Shown piece by piece: positions 18,030-27,623 of a stretch of 55,907 nucleotides of DNA. The notes beneath the pieces are model-generated. The model had not been told where the DNA came from, ran no database searches, and saw only the letters and a list, made by a program, of their open reading frames with translations. The position numbers and the translations under genes were made by a program. The stretch lies in the IMG/VR virus record IMGVR_UViG_3300022752_006405, positions 1 to 55,907 of that record. One strand, 5' to 3'. Position 1 is the first letter of the stretch. Every line of letters begins with the position of its first letter. The stretch comes from a virus. Its lineage: Duplodnaviria > Caudoviricetes.

Positions 18030-18320
18030 TCAGAGCTGCTCGAGGATACGGGAACGAATTTCCTGACGAGCCTCATTAACCTCGGAGAGTTGCTGCGCAA
18101 GCTCAGCTGCTTCTTTCTGGAGGTTCTTGTAGTGCTGCACTTCCTTGGCGAGAGTGTGCGCCATATCCTTTGCCTCGACCTCTCGAGTCTGCTTCGCGAC
18201 CTTTTCAACGTCCTGCGCCTTGCCGGATGGCTTCTTGGCGCGCGACTTGAGGATCTTCTTCTTCTCCTCGTTGATAATACGACGAAGGATATCAGGCGTG
18301 AGATTTACGACTCTTGACAT
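18030..18320 (-). CDS. Small basic coiled-coil protein, candidate prohead core / internal protein
   Basis: SD AAGGAG; LTPDILRRIINEE helix, Lys-rich stretch, heptad-like C-terminus. Confidence 0.65.
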   Translation of the reverse strand: MSRVVNLTPDILRRIINEEKKKILKSRAKKPSGKAQDVEKVAKQTREVEAKDMAHTLAKEVQHYKNLQKEAAELAQQLSEVNEARQEIRSRILEQL

Positions 18321-18347
18321 ACGGAACTCCTTATGGTGATCAACGTT

Positions 18348-18354
18348 TAACTAT
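18348..18354 (-). promoter_or_regulatory. Putative late-promoter motif ATAGTTA
   Basis: Intergenic, 27 nt upstream of ATG 18320. Confidence 0.55.
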
Positions 18355-18370
18355 TATCTCAAGTTGATTA

Positions 18371-18838
18371 TCACACCGCTTTTTTAGACGACGCAAAAGC
18401 GAGATCAGCCCAGTTGGATGCTCCCTCGAATATAGACATCGGGTCAACATTCGTCACACCGTTCACGTCATCAGCCCGCTGGGCCAGCGCGGATCCTGGT
18501 GAACGATCGGCGGACATCTGGGCTGGTAGAGTGTTTCTAACGGTGTCCTCGAATATCTGCTTCATGATATCGCGCTGCTCGGCCGGAAAAGCAGTGGCTA
18601 GCTCATTTACGACGGGCGGCACTGGCCTTCGACCTTGAGCCTGATTCGCGACACGTGAAGCTCCATCAGAGAAGCTGATGCTGTCCAGATGTTTTTTTCC
18701 GGACGCCGGTGGGCTAACCCGCACCGACTCTTGAACGCTCTTCGTCACAGGACGATGGGCTGGCTTGATACCATCCAGCATAACCTCGAGAATGCATTCT
18801 TTGATTATGTCCTTCAACTCAGATCTTGTCATCGCCAT
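18371..18838 (-). CDS. Hypothetical head-module protein with N-terminal ELKDIIKE helix
   Basis: Abuts the protease stop codon; starts MTRSELKDIIKECILEV. Confidence 0.65.
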   Translation of the reverse strand: MAMTRSELKDIIKECILEVMLDGIKPAHRPVTKSVQESVRVSPPASGKKHLDSISFSDGASRVANQAQGRRPVPPVVNELATAFPAEQRDIMKQIFEDTVRNTLPAQMSADRSPGSALAQRADDVNGVTNVDPMSIFEGASNWADLAFASSKKAV

Positions 18839-19453
18839 TCATTTCTTCCATGTTAGAATATCGTTGAATATTCTATCGATGCGATCACTTCTATTAAACG
18901 TTCTCGAAAGATCTGCCTGCTTGACCTGACGACCTTCACGCATCATGAAAGCGCCCGGTGTCGAGGGCTCGGAAACGAAATCCCAGCATATGAGCTGGAA
19001 GTCGTCCTGTACTATCTGATGCTCGCCGGACTTTCGTGTGGACCCAACGCCTCGTGATGAAATTCCCAACGTGACACCAGCCTCGACCAAGCTTTGAAGG
19101 ATCTTGCCACACGGAGTATCGAGAATCTCGACCGAACCGTAGCAGACATTGCCCTCCATGTACGCTTCACGAACGATGTGGCTTACTTTCTTAAGCTCTA
19201 CCACGGAGGAATCTGGGTGATCACATTCTCCCAATGCTCGATTCTCGCGAATAAACTTCTGATAGTTGCGAACTTCACGTTCGAGGATATCGCGTGGATA
19301 CACTCGTCCATTCTGATTGAGAGTCTCAGCTTTCTGGAGGATCCCTTTCATGATAAGCTTTCCCCCGTTCGCGGCCCTGTTCTCCTTTATCGACTTCGCG
19401 TCATAGGAGAAGGGTGTCCACTCCGTTAACAGAGTCAGTGATTTGTCACTCAT
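18839..19453 (-). CDS. gp21: Prohead core protease (T4 gp21-like)
   Basis: NQNGRVYP, ALGECDHP, VSH, GISSRGVGS and WDFVSEPSTPGA. Confidence 0.95.
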   Translation of the reverse strand: MSDKSLTLLTEWTPFSYDAKSIKENRAANGGKLIMKGILQKAETLNQNGRVYPRDILEREVRNYQKFIRENRALGECDHPDSSVVELKKVSHIVREAYMEGNVCYGSVEILDTPCGKILQSLVEAGVTLGISSRGVGSTRKSGEHQIVQDDFQLICWDFVSEPSTPGAFMMREGRQVKQADLSRTFNRSDRIDRIFNDILTWKK

Positions 19454-20282
19454 CTTTACTCTCCAGTTCTTGGTAAAGCTGCGTCATCTGCATGAATTTC
19501 ACAATGCTTGAATCATCCAGCGATTTAGCGTTTGCACTCTCAACCAATGCTTTAACGTCTTCAAGTTTCTCTGAAAGAACCTGACTGTCTGTTGAATCTC
19601 TTAATCTATCGAGACCTCTCAGGGCTCTACGTTTGATGCTCTCAAGCATTCTCTCGTCCACGGACCCGTGCACGTAATCGCGAATGAGAGCGCGTTGCGT
19701 CTCATTGAGCTTATCTCCCCACTTCTTTTCGAACTTTTCATTCATCAACTTGACCGTCAAGGATGAAACTTCTTTGGTGGTAAGCTCTTCCAACCGCTCG
19801 CCCGTATCTTTTTCCGCCTTCATCCACTCCAAAAGCTTGCTCTCATAATCGATCACACGGTTTAGGTCGGCTTCTTCCTCTTTACGCCAATCGTTAAGCA
19901 GGGTTTGAACGGTTGCGTATGTGCGGTATTCCCTGACGGGCTGGTTAAAAAAATCAGGATCGTTGACAATTTTATTGATGTCACGTATTAGGGCTGACTT
20001 CTCAATATCGATCTGCTGTTGGGAGAACGAATGAACTCCCCGGCGCGCCTCCTGTATGAGACGTAGGCCGAGTGATTCCGTCTTTACCGTGGTGTTTAGA
20101 AGCGCTTGAAATAATCTAAATTCACGAAAAATCTCGGTACCAGGCTTGTAGTACTTCTTGATTATAGACGTACACTTAGCGGCTGTCGCGACGTCATTAT
20201 CAACCAAAGCAGCAGAAGCTCTACGAAGCAGCTGCTCATAGATGATTCCGACGTTTCTTTTCTTGTTGTGTTGATTACTCAT
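19446..20282 (-). CDS. Hypothetical helical protein between portal and protease (start revised to ATG 20282)
   Basis: MSNQHNKKRNVGIIYEQL start overlaps the portal stop and is preceded by AGGA and motif ATACTTA. Confidence 0.7.
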   Translation of the reverse strand: MSNQHNKKRNVGIIYEQLLRRASAALVDNDVATAAKCTSIIKKYYKPGTEIFREFRLFQALLNTTVKTESLGLRLIQEARRGVHSFSQQQIDIEKSALIRDINKIVNDPDFFNQPVREYRTYATVQTLLNDWRKEEEADLNRVIDYESKLLEWMKAEKDTGERLEELTTKEVSSLTVKLMNEKFEKKWGDKLNETQRALIRDYVHGSVDERMLESIKRRALRGLDRLRDSTDSQVLSEKLEDVKALVESANAKSLDDSSIVKFMQMTQLYQELESKDE

Positions 20283-22194
20283 CTGCGCTTCCTGAATTGT
20301 TAAGTATCTCTGATGATTCTGACATGAGAGTACTTCTTGCATTACTTATGCTGCTGCGCATGTGCTTTAGCGCGTGTCCCATCTCAGGAGTCATCTTTGT
20401 CTTTGAGAATGGAAGGTCATCGTAGAGCTCTTGCACCAAGCTGAGACTCTTTTTTGATTCGGTGGCAACCGAGAGCAGCTCATCCTCGTCGAACACCTTA
20501 TTCGAGGTGTCCTGATCACGCGCCCAGCTTCCGACGCCTGCCATCTTGAACATGTCTGGCATTTCGATGGATGCTGCAGTGCTACGATCACGGGTGGTTT
20601 CCACCTCTTTCCCAAAGACATTTCTTATCGTTTTCTCTGCTCGAAGAGGAAGCTCTTCATTTTCTATCTCGAGAACAGGGGGTCTTGTGACCCCAGCGGA
20701 TACTATCTCACCTGATCGTTCAACTCCAGCCGTCAGCGCTCCACCAGCTGCCTCACCGCCGCCGCCGCCACCGCCGAGGCCACCCGCACCCTCAGGTCCA
20801 GGCTGCGCCTCAAGTTCAGCGTCCTCCTGCTTATCCTTCTTACGTCCTTCCTTAACGTTCTCAATGTCCTCATCAGAAAGACCCATGATATTCTTACGAA
20901 CCCACCGACGATCGACGATGCCCTCGGGAGCCTTTCCTGCAATATCGAATCTCGAAGAGATGAGCTCTAGCTTCTGCTGCTGTGCGATTGTGGAAGGATT
21001 GGAAAGCTTCAGCGTAAAATCAAGAAGATCCTCGCCCTCGTATCCATGAGAGTAAAGATGAATCATGGCAATCTTGTTGAGCTCAGAAATGATGACTTTC
21101 TGAATCCTTGTGATTGTACGCGAGAATCTTATATCCTCTTGGGCTAGCGTAGCCTTAGCTCCGATTTCCTCATCGTAACCAAGATAAGCTTTCGGAATCT
21201 TTAACGCAGCAAAGAGTTTCTTCTGGATATACTGAACGTCTTCAATTGCTGCCGCGTTGGAACCTCCCGCCAGGGAGTCGATCTTAGTTCCGGTCTCGCC
21301 GCCTCGAACTGGAATAAAGTAATCCTCGTCAACAGCAAGCGGATTGTAACGTAAATCCATCTTTCCGTTGGCTTTGTCGGTGACGCGATTGCGTTTCAGG
21401 CTTGTCTGCGCCTGCTCCATAACGTTCGCAATCTCTTCGGGTGGAACATTACCAACGTCAATATAAAAGACGCGACGTTCAGGAGCACGAACGATACGAT
21501 ACACAAGCATCGCGTCCTCCATGAGAATTAGCTGACGCCAGATGCGACGCGCCGACTCCAGCACAGATGAACCGTACGGAAGAAATGCGTCATTTCCGAG
21601 GAGCCTAAAATGGGAGATCTGCCAGTTCTCAAGAACCTGATTGCCGCGTGTGATCCAACGGAATCGAACCGCCATTGGATCCTTCGGATCGTACCCTTCC
21701 TCGCGCTCCATTTCAGAGATTGGAATAGGGTACGCGTTAACGATTCCGTAATTTGGGTGTACGTCGTTGAAAAGGAAAAAATCTCCGTACTTGCAGAGAT
21801 TTCTCGTCCACATTGGTAAGTTGAACTCAATGTTCAACGTATCGGTGAAAAGAGTCTCCAACAGCTCTTTGATTCTTCGATTTTCGGAATGAATGTGCAG
21901 AACTTGTCCTCTTTCATCCTGTGAGACCGTTTCCTCGGCGTAGATGTCGAGAGCAGACGCGATCTCAGGAGTCGCCTCCATTTCTGAGAAATCAGAATAC
22001 CTTGACATTCTGTCGAATGCGCCGTAGGCCGACACCGTGCTTGAATAGATGTCGGATTGATTTCTCCTAAACATCTCATAGGCTGACGAAGCTGTCGGCT
22101 CCGAAAAGTTCTTGACCTTTCGACGTATTACAGGTCCAGACCTGAACAGTTGGGTCAGTCTTTGAAAGAGATTTTTGTTAGTTTTTTCTGCCAT
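20275..22194 (-). CDS. gp20: Portal protein (T4 gp20-like)
   Basis: EDAMLVYRIVRAPERRVFYIDVGNVPP, EDYFIPVRG, EDVQYIQKKLFAALKIP and EDIRFSRTI. Confidence 0.96.
   Translation of the reverse strand: MAEKTNKNLFQRLTQLFRSGPVIRRKVKNFSEPTASSAYEMFRRNQSDIYSSTVSAYGAFDRMSRYSDFSEMEATPEIASALDIYAEETVSQDERGQVLHIHSENRRIKELLETLFTDTLNIEFNLPMWTRNLCKYGDFFLFNDVHPNYGIVNAYPIPISEMEREEGYDPKDPMAVRFRWITRGNQVLENWQISHFRLLGNDAFLPYGSSVLESARRIWRQLILMEDAMLVYRIVRAPERRVFYIDVGNVPPEEIANVMEQAQTSLKRNRVTDKANGKMDLRYNPLAVDEDYFIPVRGGETGTKIDSLAGGSNAAAIEDVQYIQKKLFAALKIPKAYLGYDEEIGAKATLAQEDIRFSRTITRIQKVIISELNKIAMIHLYSHGYEGEDLLDFTLKLSNPSTIAQQQKLELISSRFDIAGKAPEGIVDRRWVRKNIMGLSDEDIENVKEGRKKDKQEDAELEAQPGPEGAGGLGGGGGGGEAAGGALTAGVERSGEIVSAGVTRPPVLEIENEELPLRAEKTIRNVFGKEVETTRDRSTAASIEMPDMFKMAGVGSWARDQDTSNKVFDEDELLSVATESKKSLSLVQELYDDLPFSKTKMTPEMGHALKHMRSSISNARSTLMSESSEILNNSGSADE
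20301..20307 (-). promoter_or_regulatory. Putative late-promoter motif ATACTTA within the portal 3' end
   Basis: 18 nt upstream of ATG 20282. Confidence 0.5.
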
Positions 22195-22232
22195 CTTGCT
22201 CTCAATTGTACTTAATTTATCGATCCCTTAAA

Positions 22233-23828
22233 TTAACCCTTCACCACCCACCCAAAATGTGCGTAAGGATTGATTCCAGCTGTCACTTTTCCCGGGAGTG
22301 CGTCGACCATTATCGGCGATAGAGGGTTTCTTGGATGAGGAACGTTTGGGTCTTGTTCATCATTTTTCTTATTCACTGCGAACGCAGCTATCATCGCCCG
22401 CGTCACTTCCTGGCTGTGACGTGAGTAATCCGTGTCCGTGTCAAACAGCCATATCGCAATCGCCAGTGCCATGACAAGATCATCGTTGTAACCTTTCATA
22501 GCCTTCGCAGTTTGACCGATCCACGTGAACGTCTTGAGCTCCTCGGACATCCTGGTGGATCTGATTCGTATCTGCTTGTTTCGAATCACCTCTTCCAGTT
22601 TCGTTAATATCTTGGTCCGATTCGAGGGGCCTGTCGTGAAGCCTATGTTTGCAACGTCACCGGAGCCGGCGTTCGCTCCGAGGTAGGCGTATTTTCTGTC
22701 CCGATAGTACAGGTTTGGATATGCCAGCTCTTTTAGCTTCATACATACCGCGTAGCCGTAGCTGTTGTTTTCAGGACAAACAAGCGCTTTATTGTATCTC
22801 ATCCCAGCTTCATTCAGAAGAACGGCGAATTGATCAGGTGGTATCTTACCCTTGAATTCTGCAACCTGCTCACCAAGGCTGGTATCGATAACATGAAAGC
22901 TGGAGTAATCAGCACCGTCGCCTCTTGCGACGTCCGCAGCGATTATGTATTTGTGTCCTGGAAGCGCGTACCTCCAAACCCAGACCCCCATCTCGGGACC
23001 CCAGCGCTCAATAGGTGTCTGGGTACTGGCGATTATGTACTCCAAATCGTTCGCATTTAGAAACGTATCACCTGATGCAGCGAAATCGCAAAGGAGCTCC
23101 TGCGCCACCTGCTTGCGGGTCATGTTTCTAGATTCATTGTCGAACCAAGATTGATCACGCTCTGGATGCACGTCCCACGGAAGTTTTATGGCATTAAATT
23201 CGTTGAGACCAGCCTCTCCCTCAATGTAGAGCTTATGATACTGACCTCCGACGCCGTTGGGAGTCGAAAGAACGATCGCTCGACCACCCGTTGACAGCGT
23301 GGGGTACAGACCAGTCCAAAGCTCGTCGAAGTTGCCGATGAACGCAGCCTCGTCAACAATTAGAAGCGTTAGAGCTTCGGATCGACCTGCGTCCTCTGAC
23401 GTTGGAATAGCTTTGATAGAGGAGCCATTGCTGAATTCCACCACCTGCTTTGTGTCAGATCTGACGCTTGGCATCACCAACCAGGTCGGAAGGTTCTGGA
23501 GCATGACCTTCACCTTCTTGATGAAGTTCTGCGCCACTGCAAGCTTGGTCGCGATGATGAGAACCGACTTATCCTTGTAGAACAAGGCGAGCCAAAGCGC
23601 ATACGCAGCAGCAAGGGTCGAAATTCCAAGCTGCCTTGACTTCAGTATGACATTGAATCGATGCTTTTCAAATTGATCAAGACAGTCATCCTGAAACTTG
23701 TACGTGTCAAATCCGACCAGTCCACGGGTCGGATGCTGAATTTTTACGTACTTGTTTATGAAATACGACGAGTTCTTACCGCACGCGACAATCTCAGCGA
23801 CTTGCCGATCCTTGGATAGGACAGCCAC
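22233..23828 (-). CDS. terL: Terminase large subunit (T4 gp17-like; start revised to GTG 23828)
   Basis: Walker A ILKSRQLGIS, Walker B LIVDEAAF, LSTPNG, and nuclease motifs ADVARGDGADYS and DDLVMA. GTG follows AGGTGG just after the upstream stop. Confidence 0.95.
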   Translation of the reverse strand: MAVLSKDRQVAEIVACGKNSSYFINKYVKIQHPTRGLVGFDTYKFQDDCLDQFEKHRFNVILKSRQLGISTLAAAYALWLALFYKDKSVLIIATKLAVAQNFIKKVKVMLQNLPTWLVMPSVRSDTKQVVEFSNGSSIKAIPTSEDAGRSEALTLLIVDEAAFIGNFDELWTGLYPTLSTGGRAIVLSTPNGVGGQYHKLYIEGEAGLNEFNAIKLPWDVHPERDQSWFDNESRNMTRKQVAQELLCDFAASGDTFLNANDLEYIIASTQTPIERWGPEMGVWVWRYALPGHKYIIAADVARGDGADYSSFHVIDTSLGEQVAEFKGKIPPDQFAVLLNEAGMRYNKALVCPENNSYGYAVCMKLKELAYPNLYYRDRKYAYLGANAGSGDVANIGFTTGPSNRTKILTKLEEVIRNKQIRIRSTRMSEELKTFTWIGQTAKAMKGYNDDLVMALAIAIWLFDTDTDYSRHSQEVTRAMIAAFAVNKKNDEQDPNVPHPRNPLSPIMVDALPGKVTAGINPYAHFGWVVKG

Positions 23829-23829
23829 T

Positions 23830-24201
23830 TCACACCACCTGTAAGACGACCTGTCTCCTGTAGTATGCAGCACGACGAGGTGACAGATTGGTCGCCGCGA
23901 TCACCTCAAGTGAATCCTTGTTTGAAATTTCCTTGAGCTTGATCGACTTACCAGTCATATCCTTAAACTGCGCTTTCAGGTCAGCGACGCATTTAGTCAG
24001 AATATCGATGGATTCATGGTTGACTCGATCGACCTGCGACCTTAGCGCCTGCTCAGCGGCAAAATGCACAACGGTCATATACTTGAGCGTTATCGTATCA
24101 CCCGCCAGCGAGCAGTTCACAGAGTTAGGCATCGATGATACGCCCCACCCTTTCATTGCTATCTGTGATAGCACATTCAATTCTTTAGTTGACAAGTGCA
24201 T
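23830..24201 (-). CDS. Hypothetical protein immediately upstream of terL
   Basis: SD GGGAG and own promoter motif; no recognised family. Confidence 0.65.
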   Translation of the reverse strand: MHLSTKELNVLSQIAMKGWGVSSMPNSVNCSLAGDTITLKYMTVVHFAAEQALRSQVDRVNHESIDILTKCVADLKAQFKDMTGKSIKLKEISNKDSLEVIAATNLSPRRAAYYRRQVVLQVV

Positions 24202-24219
24202 GTAGACATCTCTCCCAGT

Positions 24220-24501
24220 TTAAATATGCTTTCTCGAGTGAGGCGACGAGAATCTCTTCCTTTTGATTTCTGAAATCGTGATTTCATCAGGTCTCCAGCC
24301 TTTCAACCATCTTTCTCGATTTGGGTCTGCAACTTCAACCTCACAGTCAAAGCAGCATTTCGATCTCGAAATCGATATCTCATCAATTTCATCTATGAGA
24401 ATGCATGTACACAGCGGGCAGTCCAGAGGAGAAGACTCATTTTTTACCTCTCCTCGTCTTACGATCCTGAAATTTTTTTTCTTCTCAACTACCGTCTGCA
24501 T
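24220..24501 (-). CDS. Small Cys-rich zinc-finger-like protein
   Basis: CPLC...CCFDC followed by W..GWRP; TGATG-coupled to the Mre11-Rad50 fusion. Confidence 0.7.
   Translation of the reverse strand: MQTVVEKKKNFRIVRRGEVKNESSPLDCPLCTCILIDEIDEISISRSKCCFDCEVEVADPNRERWLKGWRPDEITISEIKRKRFSSPHSRKHI
24221..24227 (-). promoter_or_regulatory. Putative late-promoter motif ATATTTA
   Basis: Overlaps the upstream stop; 19 nt before ATG 24201. Would drive the 123-aa gene, terL and portal. Confidence 0.5.
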
Positions 24502-27500
24502 CAGTATCTCACCCTCGCGTCAATCCCATCATGGGAGATCTCTATGACGTTATCAACGATGTCTTTGATGCTGTCAACGTGGGAGATCACGAGCATATTC
24601 TTGAAATTTCGCTTGAGTGAGGTTAGAAGTCGAGCGCAAGCCTCGAGGTTCGTGTCATCAAGAGCGCCGAAACCTTCGTCGATGATGAACAGATCTGGCT
24701 TCGGTATCGCCGACACTTCAATCAGAGCTGTTCTAATCGCCAACGAAGAAATCATCTTCTCCATTCCAGATGAGAGCTCAATTGGTCTCTGCGAGTCACC
24801 GTAATCGATAAAGATCTCAAGATCACCATCCTCCTCGTTCGCTGCCAGCTCAACGTTGAAGTTCGCGACGCCAGTTAGAACCTTTGAAATCTCGTTATTG
24901 ATCCTGGGAAGTTGGGAAGCGATAATTTGAAGTGGAATCCCGTCCTTGCCGGTCGCGGCAAGAATCGTCTCAAAAACTTTCCAATCAGCTTGGAGCTTAT
25001 TGATCCTCTCGATGTCCTGCTTGAGCCGGGTGATCTCGGCACCGATCGCCCCGATTCGCTGGTTGTCCTTCAAGATCTTCTTAGAGATTTCCTGCGACTT
25101 CTTCTCCTGCTCATCAACCTCGAGCTGCATCTTCTTTACCTCTTCCAGAGCAGAGACTGAGATAGCAGCGCGAATCTCTTGTAACAATTTGTTCACTCGC
25201 TGATACTCTTTTTCAAGAGACTCTCCGAGAGACTCCAAGCTCTTCGCCTTACCCTCATGGGCAGCGAGTGAGGTTCGCGCTGCGGGAAGTTTCGATTCAA
25301 TCGAGACGAGCTTCTCGTAACGAGATTTCATCTCACTCAGGTCACTCGCGTCAAAACTCTGCTTCAGCTCATCGATCAACGCTGTAATCTCATCCAGCGA
25401 AGCTCGATGCTTCGGAATCAGCAGACGATCAGCATGGGAATCCTTGATGTATTTGCATGTTGGGAATTTATCACCGCATGGAACGTCAGAGAGCTTGGTA
25501 ACAGATCTTTCCAGACGTTGGAGCGTCTCACTCTCGAGCTTAAGCTTCACCTGCGCGTCATTTATCTTCGTTGAAATTCTTTCGGTGCGCTCGATATCTG
25601 CCTTGAGAGCAACGATATCAGCTGTTGCAAGCACACTCTCGGTCTTCTCAATCTTAGCTTTGAGCTCATCACGTTCAGCAATAGATCTTTCAAGCTCGTC
25701 GCGATTCTTCTTGATCTTGAGGTGGAGATCGATGATCTCCTCGTCGTACTTCTTGATGTCGTCTAAGGTGTGAGAAGATCCCGGCGACTCGCGCTCGAGG
25801 ATAGCGCGGATCTTCTTAACGTGGGACTCGATAGAGTTCTTTTCACGCTCGAGAACCGCTATTTCATCATGAAGTGTCTCCTCCTCCTTCTGCTTCGCCT
25901 CTATCGCAGCTTTAAGATCGAGAGCCGGAGTCCTACGAAGCTCTGATTTTATCGAGCTCGAGCTCTCCTTTGCGAGTGAGTTTAAGGAGTCGAACACCTG
26001 CAGGTTCAGGAACTTCGAAAGGATGTTCTTTCTTGCGGTCGCTCGCTCCTTCAGGAACGCGTTCATCTCTCCTTGCGCCGCGAAGGACGTCAGAAGGAAG
26101 TCATCAGAGGTACCGATGAGGGATCGAAGCGCCTTGTCGGAATCCTTACGCTGCTCGCCCGAGATATCCTCAACGGGATTACCGTCATGATCGAGCCTGA
26201 ATAGGTTCAGGTGGGTGACAGCGTGGTTTAGTCCCGCTTTCGTCTGATGCTTGACGGACTGACGTTCAGAGAGATAAGTTTCGGACCCCGCCTGAAACTC
26301 AACGGAAGCCTTGCAGTAATCCTTTCGGGTATTGATGATGTGAAGATTCTTGATCGGCCCACGGTCGGTCGTATTAAACAGCGAATACATGATCGTGCCC
26401 GGAATGGAAGACTTTCCCTGCGCATTTCGACCGAAGATTCCAGTGATGCCGGTGAGATTTTCGAAGTCGATCTCGTTGTCCTTACCGTATGAGTACGTGT
26501 TATCCCATCTCAACTTCTTGATGGACCACTTCACGCTTCCGAGACGCTCGTCCTCCGGCAGGGAATCAATGAGCTTCGAAACTGCTGCGTCGAGTTTCAC
26601 CAGCGAGTCACCGTCAAGGCCCTTCGACTCGGCGTAGCTCTTGAAGAGACCCTTTATCGTGGCAGGGTCACGAAGATTCTCACGTGAGAGTGTGGTCGCG
26701 CCCGCTCGCATCTCCTCCTTTAGCTGCTCACCAACGAACTTCCAGACAACTTCGGAGGCTGCCCTCTTCTTCTTGAGCTCGCCAGCGAGCTGGCGAGACT
26801 CCGAGATTGCAACGTTCTCATTGTTCAGAATCCTGAAACGGGAACCAGCTGGAAGCTTGTCGCAAACTTCCATCGTAGCCGAGACATCTCCCTGCCACTC
26901 GATAGTTTGGAAGGGACGAGGATTCTTCAACTTAATGAAGTTAACGCGGTAATCATCTCGATTCTTGATCTGCCAGAACAAGAACCCCTTTTCGACATCC
27001 TCACCATAGTTCTGTTGAACCGTGGATCCTGGATATGCAATTCGAGTATCACCGTCAAGAAACTGCTGTCGATGAATATCACCGAGAAGCGAGAAATCGT
27101 AGGGTCGAAACATGTCGACGGTTACTTCACCCTCGATCGACATACCCGTATCAAGCAGAGATCCACCGACGGCTCCATGATAAAGGGCGATGTTGATCAG
27201 ATTGGGATTAGGGCTACACTTATTCCATCCTTCCTCATCGAAGCATGAGAAATTAGCGAAGTTAACTCCGTTAATCTCGTAATTCCCTGAATCCTTTAGG
27301 AAATGAATATTGTGATGATCAAGCGCCGCGATAATTGGGGAGATCGCGTCGAGGCGCGACTTGTTATGGATGAGACCATCATGATTCCCAAGAATGACAA
27401 CCGTCGGCCAGTTCGAAAGTTTCTGAAACCACCAGCGAAGTCGATCGACAAGCTCTGGCGTGATGCCCTGGGTCTTGGAGTGAACGATGTCTCCACCCAC

Positions 27501-27623
27501 GACAATCATGTCTGGATGTAGGTCTTCGAGTTTCTTGAAAAAATCCTCGAATACCTCGGTGTACTCGTCATGACGCTGGAGGCCACGCCAGTGGATATCT
27601 GCGATATGTGCGATCTTGATCAA
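24501..27623 (-). CDS. Single-chain Mre11/SbcD nuclease - Rad50/SbcC ATPase fusion (T4 gp47+gp46-like)
   Basis: Phosphoesterase motifs ADIHW, GGDIVH, GNHD, LYHG, GDIH, YPGS. ATPase motifs GRNAQGKSS, AAQG, coiled coil, SSGME, IIDEGFGALD, VISH. Confidence 0.93.
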   Translation of the reverse strand: MIKIAHIADIHWRGLQRHDEYTEVFEDFFKKLEDLHPDMIVVGGDIVHSKTQGITPELVDRLRWWFQKLSNWPTVVILGNHDGLIHNKSRLDAISPIIAALDHHNIHFLKDSGNYEINGVNFANFSCFDEEGWNKCSPNPNLINIALYHGAVGGSLLDTGMSIEGEVTVDMFRPYDFSLLGDIHRQQFLDGDTRIAYPGSTVQQNYGEDVEKGFLFWQIKNRDDYRVNFIKLKNPRPFQTIEWQGDVSATMEVCDKLPAGSRFRILNNENVAISESRQLAGELKKKRAASEVVWKFVGEQLKEEMRAGATTLSRENLRDPATIKGLFKSYAESKGLDGDSLVKLDAAVSKLIDSLPEDERLGSVKWSIKKLRWDNTYSYGKDNEIDFENLTGITGIFGRNAQGKSSIPGTIMYSLFNTTDRGPIKNLHIINTRKDYCKASVEFQAGSETYLSERQSVKHQTKAGLNHAVTHLNLFRLDHDGNPVEDISGEQRKDSDKALRSLIGTSDDFLLTSFAAQGEMNAFLKERATARKNILSKFLNLQVFDSLNSLAKESSSSIKSELRRTPALDLKAAIEAKQKEEETLHDEIAVLEREKNSIESHVKKIRAILERESPGSSHTLDDIKKYDEEIIDLHLKIKKNRDELERSIAERDELKAKIEKTESVLATADIVALKADIERTERISTKINDAQVKLKLESETLQRLERSVTKLSDVPCGDKFPTCKYIKDSHADRLLIPKHRASLDEITALIDELKQSFDASDLSEMKSRYEKLVSIESKLPAARTSLAAHEGKAKSLESLGESLEKEYQRVNKLLQEIRAAISVSALEEVKKMQLEVDEQEKKSQEISKKILKDNQRIGAIGAEITRLKQDIERINKLQADWKVFETILAATGKDGIPLQIIASQLPRINNEISKVLTGVANFNVELAANEEDGDLEIFIDYGDSQRPIELSSGMEKMISSLAIRTALIEVSAIPKPDLFIIDEGFGALDDTNLEACARLLTSLKRNFKNMLVISHVDSIKDIVDNVIEISHDGIDARVRY

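Noticed and set aside
9264-20775. (GGT)n and (GGC)n tracts at about 9264-9287 and 20750-20775 as DNA repeat elements
   Set aside because: They simply encode poly-Gly linkers in frame.
22195-22235. AT-rich ATAAATTAA upstream of the portal gene as a promoter-motif copy
   Set aside because: It needs a gap or two mismatches to fit ATANTTA; too weak to call.
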